The translations under genes and the position numbers were made by a program. Shown here piece by piece: positions 1 to 8,506 of a stretch of 64,000 nt of DNA. The notes under the pieces are model-generated. The model was not told the DNA's origin. It did no database searches and worked only from the letters and a program-made list of their open reading frames with translations. Source of the DNA: a virus; IMG/VR virus record IMGVR_UViG_3300030060_005952, positions 1-64,000 of that record; one strand, written 5' to 3'. How positions within the stretch are numbered: position 1 is the stretch's first letter; each line of letters opens with the position of its first letter.

Positions 1-41
1 TTCCGTTCGCAATTCTTCCATACTCATCTTTTCTATTTCTT

Positions 42-527
42 TCATTCTTCCTCGCCTCCCATTATGACCTCTACTGCAAGCAGTACCTTGAGTACATCTG
101 CAAACGTGGTAGCCATGTTGTGCATCTTCTGCACAATCAATGGGTTAGTGTTCGTCATCACTCTGAGTAGCTCTGCGTAATGCTTCGGCTCCAAGTCCTC
201 CATCATGTTGCGAGCAACCTCTGCCCAATCATGCTCAATGTCCATGTGATATGCGATGTCTTCAGCTTTGAAGTGACTTGCCATCTCACTTGTGTCAATG
301 TAAGATGCAACATCGCTCATGTCTATGTTGTACACGATGTCATCAATGTCAATCTCTCGTGCAATATCATACCCATCGAAATGCTCTGCAATCAAATCCG
401 TATCTATGTAGTCTGCTACTTCATGCACTTTTATTTGCCCTGCGACCTTGCGTGTTATCTCTCCGTCTTCTTTCATGGCGTTCGTTATTTGTTCATTCAC
501 TATCTTCGTTATCCAGTTTCTTATCAT
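42..527 (-). CDS. hypothetical protein with acidic 9-aa tandem repeats
   Basis: 161-aa ORF with upstream AGGAGG RBS; repeats IDTDLIAEH/FDGYDIARE/IDIDDIVYN/IDMSDVASY/IDTSEMASH. Confidence 0.8.
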   Translation of the reverse strand: MIRNWITKIVNEQITNAMKEDGEITRKVAGQIKVHEVADYIDTDLIAEHFDGYDIAREIDIDDIVYNIDMSDVASYIDTSEMASHFKAEDIAYHMDIEHDWAEVARNMMEDLEPKHYAELLRVMTNTNPLIVQKMHNMATTFADVLKVLLAVEVIMGGEEE

Positions 528-590
528 TCTTCATTCCTCCTTTCTTCTTCTTCTGCGCATTCTCTCATGTGTCTTCTCCACTCAATTATC

Positions 591-1301
591 TCACTGTGTA
601 TTGTCATCGAACCATACCCCCCTGTCATCGTATCTCCCAATGTCGCCCTCTTGGTAGAAGTTCCCTGTGTACGCATTGGCAAACTCCCAATGTCCACCGT
701 CAATCTCCCACATGATGTCGTTGAATCTCCATGCGATGTGGTTGCCTTCCATCACTGGCACTTCCATCTGTGAACCAAAGTACACATGGACTCCCATCCT
801 GTTCTCTGGGCTACTGTGCAACTCTCCCATAGGACGTGAAGTCAGTTGCTCAAGGTCTATCTTGTCATTGTCATACAACACCAACGCAATCGGACTGACT
901 TTCATACAGTTGAAGTAGATGTCCACACCATCTTGCATATCATTGTCCACAAGGTAATGTGCAATCGTTGTCGCAACCTTGTAGTTCGACCAAGCTCTGT
1001 CCATCGCACTCTTAAGGAAGGGAGAGTTACTGTTAGTGCAAAAGCCATTCCAATACTCATTTCTGAATGCGTAGTTCAACAAGTCGGGGCCATCGGGAAT
1101 CTCATTGTGCAAACCCATACATGAGTTAGGTGTTCTTCCACAACAAGCTAGGGTTGTGAATGCGTATTCATTGTCGTAGTCTTTGGGTGCGTTAAGGTCA
1201 GCAACGCTTGAGATTGCTCCGCAGTTATTGCACGTAGTATATACGATATTAACAGGGCGTTCTAGGTTAGGTTCAGTATCTTCGATTAACTTGACAGTCA
1301 T
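591..1301 (-). CDS. hypothetical protein, possible N-terminal Zn-binding motif
   Basis: 236-aa ORF with CNNC...CC motif; TATA-like element 26 nt upstream. Confidence 0.75.
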   Translation of the reverse strand: MTVKLIEDTEPNLERPVNIVYTTCNNCGAISSVADLNAPKDYDNEYAFTTLACCGRTPNSCMGLHNEIPDGPDLLNYAFRNEYWNGFCTNSNSPFLKSAMDRAWSNYKVATTIAHYLVDNDMQDGVDIYFNCMKVSPIALVLYDNDKIDLEQLTSRPMGELHSSPENRMGVHVYFGSQMEVPVMEGNHIAWRFNDIMWEIDGGHWEFANAYTGNFYQEGDIGRYDDRGVWFDDNTQ

Positions 1302-1323
1302 CGATAGTCTTCGACTCTACCGG

Positions 1324-1333
1324 TACTTAAAGA
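1324..1333 (-). promoter_or_regulatory. archaeal TATA-like box (CTTTAAGTA) for leaderless transcript of 591..1301
   Basis: TTTAAG on the minus strand about 26 nt upstream of the ATG at 1301, typical archaeal spacing. Confidence 0.55.
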
Positions 1334-1399
1334 GAATCAACTGCGCCGGGTTCAGGCTATCGCAAAACATGAGGGCAATACGTGTATTTCCCAACCGTA

Positions 1400-1690
1400 T
1401 GGGTAGGGGACACGGGGCACAAGGGCGTGCTGTTGCGCAACGCAAGTGTAGCGTTGAGCTATTGTTGATGCGTAGCGCAACGCAACGTGTTTGCGCAATG
1501 GTTTGCGTGGTGGTTGTTGTGCAACTGCGCAACGTGTACACAACAACAACCCTTTGCGCCAACTTTGCGCCACCTGTTAGAAGGAGAGATGCACATTGCG
1601 CCAACAATTGCGCTCTTTTAACCCCACACGGCGCTCCAGCAAATTTTCGTTGGAGGGTTGTTAAAAAAAATTTAAAAAATTTTACAACCC
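1400..1690. repeat. non-coding divergent region with repeated TTGCGC(A/C)A palindromes and an inverted repeat around an A/T core
   Basis: GTTGCGCAAC 1432-1441, TTGCGCAA 1491-1498, TGCGCAA about 1526, TTGCGCC about 1554/1564/1596; GGGTTGTTAAAA...TTTTACAACCC 1655-1690. Confidence 0.7.
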
Positions 1691-1730
1691 AGCGACACCC
1701 CTAAAGACCATTGCTTCCCTCGCACGTTAC

Positions 1731-2024
1731 ATGGGCAGTGCGTTCAATACCGCTTGGACTGTACTCAAGATGGGTCCTATACCTCCAGACTTCGATGATG
1801 AGTATAGCCACAAGGACTTGGACGCAGAGGCCCTCATTGACTTTCTAATAGAGAATCTAGGGATGGAGTACAGCGAGGCCAAAACGCTTGTGACGCACCA
1901 CAAGACGAAGGAAATGGCGTCTGCCAGTAGGCGGAAGGCCATGAAGAACGGCCCCAAGGAGAACGGTAACGGTGGACCGCCAATGCCACCGATGAATGGC
2001 GGTATGCCGGGAATGGGAATGTGA
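1731..2024 (+). CDS. AW-LK leader family protein, unknown function
   Basis: N-terminus MGSAFNTAWTVLK; first gene of the plus-strand block. Confidence 0.8.
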   Translation: MGSAFNTAWTVLKMGPIPPDFDDEYSHKDLDAEALIDFLIENLGMEYSEAKTLVTHHKTKEMASASRRKAMKNGPKENGNGGPPMPPMNGGMPGMGM

Positions 2025-2527
2025 TGAATGCCTTTGAGGAAGCGTGGGGAGTCCTTAAGGCGCTAGAAGAGCAACAACTTATCTCAGGAGATACAGACCA
2101 GTACGAGCATTTATTGAACTATCATTACGATGAAACTGGTCGTCCAGCTCCTGATTCTTACGTAAATTTAGGCACAATGCATCCAGCGGCTCTTGGTATG
2201 GCTCGTAGACAACAAGCAAAGCAACCCGTCGGCACAGTTCAGGTACAAAGGCTAACAAGACCTCACATGTATAATTCAGGAATTGGTAATTATAACACTA
2301 AGTATGGAATACAAGAAAGGACTGGTAACCCCGATTTTGCACCTTATGATGAGAGAAATATAGAAGACATCAAGGCTTATGGTGCGGTTGGAGCATTAGA
2401 CGAACGATTTCCCAAAGTTAGCAGAGAGGGATATGACTTGAGGTACAGTAACATGGTAAAACCAGATTATCCACGTAGGGACCCCATTTATCTTGATACT
2501 CCCTTACAATTAGAAGGAGGAATGTAA
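2021..2527 (+). CDS. AW-LK leader family protein, unknown function
   Basis: N-terminus MNAFEEAWGVLKA; overlaps upstream stop codon. Confidence 0.8.
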   Translation: MMNAFEEAWGVLKALEEQQLISGDTDQYEHLLNYHYDETGRPAPDSYVNLGTMHPAALGMARRQQAKQPVGTVQVQRLTRPHMYNSGIGNYNTKYGIQERTGNPDFAPYDERNIEDIKAYGAVGALDERFPKVSREGYDLRYSNMVKPDYPRRDPIYLDTPLQLEGGM

Positions 2528-3093
2528 TGCCAAAAGACTACAAAGGGGAAAAAACAAAGCCTTCGATGGCTCTAATCATCTCTGTTGGGCCAAAAATGCC
2601 TAAAAAACCACAAGATACCGCTACACCTGATGACAAAGCGATGAAGAAAGCATGGGATTTCATAAAAAACAGAGAACCGGAGCCCTATGATGCTGGTTTT
2701 AAGAGAAATTCACAATCCTTTGGTCTAGGACCCGGTGCTGGGTCGAATTATGAAAGAGCAATTTACGAGGACAGTTTTGAAGACGACGAACCTGCGTTCC
2801 CAGACACCAGTGGTGATTTGGAAGGCATGAGTGCGAACGAAAGGGCGTTGTTCCTAGCTCAACAATCAATGGAGCGACCAGAAAGGACTACCCCTAGCAT
2901 CCATTCTGACCTCACACCAGAAGAATTAGCTAATTTCAGGGCAAAATTAGACCGTATGACACCTACCCCAAAGACAACACCACAAGAAATGGAAGAATAC
3001 ATGCGAAGGCACAGCAGAGGGGACAAAGAAGCACAGAGAAAATTCAGGGAACGTGGCTTTTCAGGCGACCCCAATAGGTATAGAGGTGCATAA
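2527..3093 (+). CDS. hypothetical protein with internal AW-IK motif
   Basis: AMKKAWDFIKN near residue 40; TAATG coupling, GGAGG RBS. Confidence 0.8.
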   Translation: MPKDYKGEKTKPSMALIISVGPKMPKKPQDTATPDDKAMKKAWDFIKNREPEPYDAGFKRNSQSFGLGPGAGSNYERAIYEDSFEDDEPAFPDTSGDLEGMSANERALFLAQQSMERPERTTPSIHSDLTPEELANFRAKLDRMTPTPKTTPQEMEEYMRRHSRGDKEAQRKFRERGFSGDPNRYRGA

Positions 3094-3096
3094 AAC

Positions 3097-3408
3097 ATGA
3101 CTCCCTTTCAAGATGCTTGGAATCTGTTGAAAAATATCACAGATATGGTTGAGTATCCTGAAGGTTCTGGCAATTTTATGTCCCTCAAGGACATGCATGA
3201 GGCGAGAAATGCTCAATCACGGGCTAATTTAGCAGAAATGAATGAAAATCTTAAACAAGGCTACATCAGAAAGCCAAATGTGGCTGTAACGCCTGAAAAA
3301 TATCCAATGCCCTCTACCGCTAGACTTTCATCTATGTTGACTCACGCTAGTGGTAGGTACGACCCTAACAATCCTGATGCAATGCACCCAATGGGGAGTG
3401 GGCAATGA
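3097..3408 (+). CDS. AW-LK leader family protein
   Basis: MTPFQDAWNLLKN; GAGGTG RBS. Confidence 0.8.
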   Translation: MTPFQDAWNLLKNITDMVEYPEGSGNFMSLKDMHEARNAQSRANLAEMNENLKQGYIRKPNVAVTPEKYPMPSTARLSSMLTHASGRYDPNNPDAMHPMGSGQ

Positions 3409-4550
3409 ATGTTTTTGAGTCTGCTTGGCTTTCTTTGTTGAAGCAAACCGATGAATATGACCGTGACTACGATTCAACTGATAGTCTGTATCCGGGTGCG
3501 CCCTTTGACAATGTATTCAGATATGGCAATCAATATTTTGACACATTAGAAGAACTAGAAAATTACATGGGTGGCCTAGATATAAAACCACAACCTGAGT
3601 ATGTTGCTGGTGGTCGTCAGATGAGTTTGAGAAACTACCCTACTGACGATGACGATGTTCGTTATACTCATTCTTTTGACCCTAAATATCTCGGAGAAAA
3701 AATGATTGAGGGATTATCACCCAGAGAGTTAGATAATTACGGGCTTGGCCATAGTTGGGAAATAGAACATGCTGGTGCTGGTCGTAAAGGTCTAGGTATT
3801 ACAAGATTCAAACCAATGACTACTATGTGGAAAGACTCAGAAAAAGCAAGTAAGATATTTTTTAGGAATAATTTTACTGATGACCCCATGACTTTTGACC
3901 ATGAAGGATTGGGTGAAGCTCTTAACCACGCTGCAGAAATAGCAGAATCCAACATAGATGGAAGTAAAATTGATGAGTCTATCATAAGAGCCCGTGACCT
4001 TTATGATACGATGACTGGGCATCAAACAACCGATTTAGGTACTGGTAGAAGAATAAACAGAGTGGATTTTGACCATGATGAAAATACAGAAGAAAAAAGA
4101 ATGGAGGCGGCGGCCGACCTTCTTGATTTCTATAGGGATAATACCTCACCGGCAGCAGAGCATCTAAGAGAAGAATACGACGAGAGCCATTTTTTGGATT
4201 TACTTGAAAGAATACTGAATGACTCTTGGCTAAACGACCCTAAAAACCATGTACCCGGCTTCTTCATTACCGATACTAACCCTTTTTCAGTAGATAGGAT
4301 TTCTTCAATGATAGACGGAACGAGAAACGTAGTTGGCATCAGAAGTAAATTACCAAGCGAACCAACGAAAGAAAGGGGTGCAGGGCAGAGCATAGACTTG
4401 ATACCTGAAAAATTCGTAACAGAACCCATACCACCCGAAGACCTGATTTTTTATCCAGAGACAGGTACTGATTTGGTAGAGAGAGGTAGAATTAAGCCTC
4501 GTTTTCAAGACACAAGACCTCTTTCCGAGCGCACTGAATTTCCCATATAG
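3405..4550 (+). CDS. AW-LK leader protein with PIP-like motif and possible ADP-ribosyltransferase-like fold
   Basis: MNVFESAWLSLLKQ; QMSLRNY; YTHS...EGLSP...KIFF...EKFVTEPIPPEDL pattern resembles small ART-fold domains (by eye). Confidence 0.6.
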   Translation: MNVFESAWLSLLKQTDEYDRDYDSTDSLYPGAPFDNVFRYGNQYFDTLEELENYMGGLDIKPQPEYVAGGRQMSLRNYPTDDDDVRYTHSFDPKYLGEKMIEGLSPRELDNYGLGHSWEIEHAGAGRKGLGITRFKPMTTMWKDSEKASKIFFRNNFTDDPMTFDHEGLGEALNHAAEIAESNIDGSKIDESIIRARDLYDTMTGHQTTDLGTGRRINRVDFDHDENTEEKRMEAAADLLDFYRDNTSPAAEHLREEYDESHFLDLLERILNDSWLNDPKNHVPGFFITDTNPFSVDRISSMIDGTRNVVGIRSKLPSEPTKERGAGQSIDLIPEKFVTEPIPPEDLIFYPETGTDLVERGRIKPRFQDTRPLSERTEFPI

Positions 4551-4580
4551 TGCCTAAAAACAGCATTACGAAGCGTTCAA

Positions 4581-4588
4581 ATATAAAT
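4581..4588 (+). promoter_or_regulatory. TATA box (ATATAAAT) for 4609 gene
   Basis: TATAAA about 27 nt upstream of ATG 4609. Confidence 0.5.
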
Positions 4589-4608
4589 GGTATATCCTAT
4601 TATCCCCG

Positions 4609-4797
4609 ATGAAGGCTACTCCGACCCCCTTTGAACGGGCTTGGTTGCTAATAAAGGGACAACCTCTTGGCATTAAATTCACTAACGAGGAAGAGCAGTT
4701 TATCAACACCGCACTTCATGAGGCAATGACTAGTAAGGACGCTTACAGAAAGAGCGAAGCAAAGGAGCTTTTCTTAGAGTTTCTCAACCACAACTAG
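4609..4797 (+). CDS. AW-LK leader family small protein
   Basis: MKATPTPFERAWLLIKG. Confidence 0.75.
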   Translation: MKATPTPFERAWLLIKGQPLGIKFTNEEEQFINTALHEAMTSKDAYRKSEAKELFLEFLNHN

Positions 4798-5195
4798 TAG
4801 TCAAAACCAGTTGTTGTACTACCACTAGTATCAGCAACCATCTGTTGTCTGTTTTGAGTTTCAGCCATTCTTTGTCTTTCCATAGCCTCTTTTTGGGCTC
4901 TTTCCTGTTGTTTTTCTTTTAATTTCTTCATTGCAGGGTCCATGGCTCCCCTTACTGTCTGGACTTTATCGAGATGAGGAGCTACTTTCTGTGCGACTTG
5001 TCCTGCTGCACTACCCATACGACCTGCCATTGAAGCTAATCTAGCGCCAACTCCCAGTCCAGTCGTAGTAGCACCTGCTGCACCCGCACCTGCTGCACCC
5101 GCACCTGCTGCACCTGCACCTGCACCTGCACCTGCACCTGTACCTGCACCTGCTACTACAGGCGCTACTAGTGGAGCTACTACTGGTGCTGGCAT
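4794..5195 (-). CDS. Ala/Gly-repeat protein, lone antisense gene; probable start ATG 5195
   Basis: MPAPVVAPLVAPVVAGAGTGAGAG... followed by a coiled-coil; TTTTTATG about 25 nt upstream on the minus strand. Confidence 0.6.
   Translation of the reverse strand: MPAPVVAPLVAPVVAGAGTGAGAGAGAGAAGAGAAGAGAAGATTTGLGVGARLASMAGRMGSAAGQVAQKVAPHLDKVQTVRGAMDPAMKKLKEKQQERAQKEAMERQRMAETQNRQQMVADTSGSTTTGFDY
5070..5155. repeat. TGCACC hexamer / GCACCTGCTGCACCC microsatellite
   Basis: tandem TGCACC units encoding GA/GAA repeats. Confidence 0.85.
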
Positions 5196-5247
5196 GATAG
5201 TCGGATAGAGCGGAACATAAAAACAGTATCGCAATGTACCACATTTC

Positions 5248-5457
5248 ATGGGTGACCGTAAGGTATTGGTCTACAAAGGTCGCTCCTACATTCAAGATAG
5301 GCCAAAAAGACTAGCACAAGCCAAAGTGCAGAGGCTTGCTAGAAAAACCAAAAATCGCAAAACTAGAGCTAGGTATGCCCGAAATCTATCTCGTGGCAAC
5401 ATTAGACCAAAGATGCGTAGACAAACCGGACTTGTCAGAGTGGTGAGAAGAAAATGA
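5248..5457 (+). CDS. small Arg/Lys-rich protein, possibly DNA-condensing
   Basis: 69 aa, very basic; N-terminal KVLVYKG; stop overlaps next ATG. Confidence 0.7.
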   Translation: MGDRKVLVYKGRSYIQDRPKRLAQAKVQRLARKTKNRKTRARYARNLSRGNIRPKMRRQTGLVRVVRRK

Positions 5458-6026
5458 ACCCCTTCGACCAAGCATGGGGTTTGCTCAAATCGAGCAGTTT
5501 CACTAAGCCCTCGGAAGTCAGAGCAGGGGAAGCCGGAGGCTCATTAGGTGTATATCAACCATCGAAAGGTAAGGCTTGGACGCATCCATCGAATATCTAT
5601 GCCCATTACAAGGAACTCTATCCCTTTGGGAAGTTTAATGAGGACGCATTGATAAATGAGCTTATAGGGACGGATGTTCACGAATCCATACACGAGGCCA
5701 TGCATAAAGTAGGCGAAACATACGATTCAGGTCTTCATGAGGAATATGCGCCTAATTTAGCCCAGATTTTAGTCCAAGCGAGAATGCCGGGAATATACGG
5801 TGGTAAAAGAAACCAAGTGATGAGGTTAATACATGGTGATAAAGTAAGGGGAGTAGAGCCAAGACCCGACACTCAAGCCGCTATGGATTACACAAGGGAA
5901 TATGCCAATTCTTATGGTTTTAACCATCCTAAAGTAAGGAAACCAACGGAAGAGGATGGAAAGTTGTTTACGTATGGCCATACCGAACCTGAGTTCTACA
6001 CTGGATATGGAGAGGACTTAGAATGA
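5454..6026 (+). CDS. AW-LK leader protein with zincin-like metallopeptidase motif
   Basis: MNPFDQAWGLLKS; HESIHEAMH...HEEY (HExxH). Confidence 0.65.
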   Translation: MNPFDQAWGLLKSSSFTKPSEVRAGEAGGSLGVYQPSKGKAWTHPSNIYAHYKELYPFGKFNEDALINELIGTDVHESIHEAMHKVGETYDSGLHEEYAPNLAQILVQARMPGIYGGKRNQVMRLIHGDKVRGVEPRPDTQAAMDYTREYANSYGFNHPKVRKPTEEDGKLFTYGHTEPEFYTGYGEDLE

Positions 6027-6442
6027 ACCCCTTCGACCAAGCGTGGGTACTACTCAAGATGCCACAAGAGGCGAGGGCGTTCGCAGAGCAAGCGCACGAG
6101 GGCCAGATGTATGGTGAAGACCCGTATATGTACCATGTCGATGAGGTAGCGAATCAGTTTCAAGACCCTCTTTTGCAGAGAATAGCGTATCTGCACGACG
6201 TGGTTGAGGATGGCAAGGTTTCAGTAGAGGACATACACGATAGATTCGGAGAGGATGTAGGTCACGGTGTAGATGCAATGACTAGAAGACCAAATGAGAA
6301 CTACTTTGATTACATAGGAAGAGTAAGTGAACATCCACATGCTAGACAGGTCAAGATGGCAGACCTTACTCACAATCTGAGTGGCGACCCACCCGGAGGT
6401 CTGAGACAACGATACGAGAAAGCACTGGAGATGTTGTCATGA
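6023..6442 (+). CDS. AW-LK leader plus HD-domain hydrolase (RelA/SpoT HD, Mesh1/SAH-like)
   Basis: FAEQAHEGQ...PYMYH...AYLHDVVED...VKMADLTHN motifs. Confidence 0.85.
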   Translation: MNPFDQAWVLLKMPQEARAFAEQAHEGQMYGEDPYMYHVDEVANQFQDPLLQRIAYLHDVVEDGKVSVEDIHDRFGEDVGHGVDAMTRRPNENYFDYIGRVSEHPHARQVKMADLTHNLSGDPPGGLRQRYEKALEMLS

Positions 6443-7356
6443 ACCCTTTTGAGCAAGCTTGGATGCTTTTGCTGAAGGAGATGCTACCTCCTAATTACAC
6501 ACAAATTGGTAACGAAGAGAAGGATTTGAATGCAGCAGAGAGAGCTTGGCAGATGCAATATGCAAAACCAAACCCTGTCACTGCTCCACAAGTAGACGTT
6601 TCTAGGCCCCCTGTTGCTAATTTAGGTGAGAACTTCTTTGGACCACATTCTCATGAAAGACTAACTGACAGAGATAGAGTGGTGGACGAGGGGGAACAAC
6701 AAGAAGTCAGAGATAGAATATCTATGGCAATGGGTCAGTTTTTGGATGAATATGGTCTTTACAAACCCGGAGCACCAAGAAATCTAGCAATTAGAACACA
6801 TCTTTTGAATGAGCACAGAAGACCAGATGAAACTTACACAAAGAGCAACGGTGATTCAATTGTCGCTATCGTAAGACCACATAGAAAAAATAACATGAAA
6901 CCTGAGCTAAACACAGTCATGCTACGCCGCTCGGAGATGCATCACGAGGCACCTCAACCATTCAAGGCTGCCGCTATGAGTGTCGATAAAGTAGTAAATG
7001 CACACGGCATGTCGAAGAAACAGATGAAGAGGCTGGCGGCCATGAGAAGACAAAATCGCGCCATCCGAACTGGGGAGCCAATGGACATCGCAATGCAGTT
7101 GCTCAAGGAGCGCAAGTCGCCAGAGGCTATGAGGCGTAAGTTGGAGTATGACAAGAGGTATGAAAAGACCCCTGAGAGAAGAAAGTACCAACGTGAATTA
7201 CACGCTGAAAGAAGAAAAAGAGGTATTTACGGCTCTGGCGACCACATGGATGTGAGTCACACACAAGGCGGTAAGTTGACTCTTGAGCCTGAGCATGCTA
7301 ATAGAGCTAGACATTTCAAGAATCGAGGTACTCTAAGGAGAGTGAAAGTAAGATGA
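6439..7356 (+). CDS. AW-LK leader protein with a second internal leader preceding an HNH-like C-terminal module
   Basis: MNPFEQAWMLLLKE; internal MDIAMQLLKE (ATG 7081); DHMDVSH...EHANRAR. Confidence 0.65.
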   Translation: MNPFEQAWMLLLKEMLPPNYTQIGNEEKDLNAAERAWQMQYAKPNPVTAPQVDVSRPPVANLGENFFGPHSHERLTDRDRVVDEGEQQEVRDRISMAMGQFLDEYGLYKPGAPRNLAIRTHLLNEHRRPDETYTKSNGDSIVAIVRPHRKNNMKPELNTVMLRRSEMHHEAPQPFKAAAMSVDKVVNAHGMSKKQMKRLAAMRRQNRAIRTGEPMDIAMQLLKERKSPEAMRRKLEYDKRYEKTPERRKYQRELHAERRKRGIYGSGDHMDVSHTQGGKLTLEPEHANRARHFKNRGTLRRVKVR

Positions 7357-8135
7357 GACAGACTGAACTCGGTGAGTTTCATGAGGGCTTTTCCAGTAGC
7401 AAGGGACCTGTTAGTGAGTATCATGGTACGGTAGATATGCCAGCGGTTATGGAAGAGGGAATCAGGGGAGGTCCAACCACAGGTAGGTCCAAACGCTATA
7501 TCCCTGAATCACTAAGAGGACAAGAAAAAATATCTTACACTTCACCTGATAGAGAGCTGGCACTCAGGTTTGCACAAGAAAGAGCCAAAAAGCTAGGCTT
7601 GCCTCAGAGCAACGTAGGCGTGGTTGGCGTGAGAGCAGGGGAACTTTCAGAACCAGTGAGACAAGCAGAGCCAGCAGGTGGTGTATTTGCTGGAACTGAT
7701 AGTAATGTCAGGGCTGGTGGAATACCCAGACAGAACCTCGTACCATTGACTTTGAAATCCAATATCTCTATCTCCGACCCACCGCTCGGCGTTAGTATGG
7801 AAGCTTTCACCGCAGCGTGGAATGTGTTGAAAGCGACCTTACCGATAAAGCCTGAAACAATGCAAGGTGCGACTGACCCTAGAAGATATCGTAATTACAA
7901 ACAGACGGGTGGTGTCGCTCGACGGGCTAGAGAAAGATTGATGGATGAAACGGCTTCAATGGATGCAGATGTGGATGATGAGCAATTAATGGGTAGAAAA
8001 AATCCCATCCTTGATATTTATGGTGATGACACAGTCTACCCTCCTGACGCCGTACCCATTGAGCCTCTACCGGAGGATATGCGAGAGTACCGCATCCGGA
8101 GAGACGGAGATGCGTATTTCTATGGACAAGAGTGA
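7353..8135 (+). CDS. PIP-box plus ART-like domain fused in frame to a second AW-LK leader module (ATG 7797)
   Basis: MRQTELGEF; EYHGT...SYTSPDRELALRFA...GGIP; internal MEAFTAAWNVLKA. Confidence 0.65.
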   Translation: MRQTELGEFHEGFSSSKGPVSEYHGTVDMPAVMEEGIRGGPTTGRSKRYIPESLRGQEKISYTSPDRELALRFAQERAKKLGLPQSNVGVVGVRAGELSEPVRQAEPAGGVFAGTDSNVRAGGIPRQNLVPLTLKSNISISDPPLGVSMEAFTAAWNVLKATLPIKPETMQGATDPRRYRNYKQTGGVARRARERLMDETASMDADVDDEQLMGRKNPILDIYGDDTVYPPDAVPIEPLPEDMREYRIRRDGDAYFYGQE

Positions 8136-8155
8136 TAATGTATAGGTGATTACTG

Positions 8156-8506
8156 ATGAATGGGACTTGTGATTGTTGCTCTCCTATGCAACAAGCCTCT
8201 GTCGCTCTCCTTGATGGCTATTTTGAGAAGGGAAAAAAGAAGTCGAAGCCGTTTCACGGTTACAATCCTAAGAGACATCACAAGAAAGGCGGGTTGAATC
8301 AAGCAGGTCGTGACAAGTTCAAGCGAGAGACAGGTGCGAACCTGAAACCGCCAGTCACAACTAAGCCATCAAAACTCAAACCCGGAAGCAAGAAGGCGAA
8401 AAGACGCAAATCCTTCTGCGCTCGCATGAGTGGTAGTAAAGGTCCAACCAGCAAGGACGGCAAACTTACACCGAAAGGTGCGGCATTGAAGAGGTGGAAC
8501 TGCTAA
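8156..8506 (+). CDS. small basic protein of a family common in marine phages (DUF6321-like)
   Basis: KGGLNQAGR...NLKPPV...RRKSFCARM...ALKRWNC. Confidence 0.7.
   Translation: MNGTCDCCSPMQQASVALLDGYFEKGKKKSKPFHGYNPKRHHKKGGLNQAGRDKFKRETGANLKPPVTTKPSKLKPGSKKAKRRKSFCARMSGSKGPTSKDGKLTPKGAALKRWNC

Noticed and set aside
180-1124. Plus-strand ORFs 180..773, 278..715, 667..918 and 846..1124
   Set aside because: Antisense shadows of the minus-strand genes, with implausible composition and no RBS
1400-1620. Possible mini-CRISPR array
   Set aside because: Repeats are only 6-10 bp with irregular spacing, and there is no 25-40 bp repeat-spacer periodicity
1183-1704. ORFs across the palindromic intergenic region
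   Set aside because: They arise from low-complexity TGCGCA/CAA repeats lacking stops, giving C/A/R/V-biased translations
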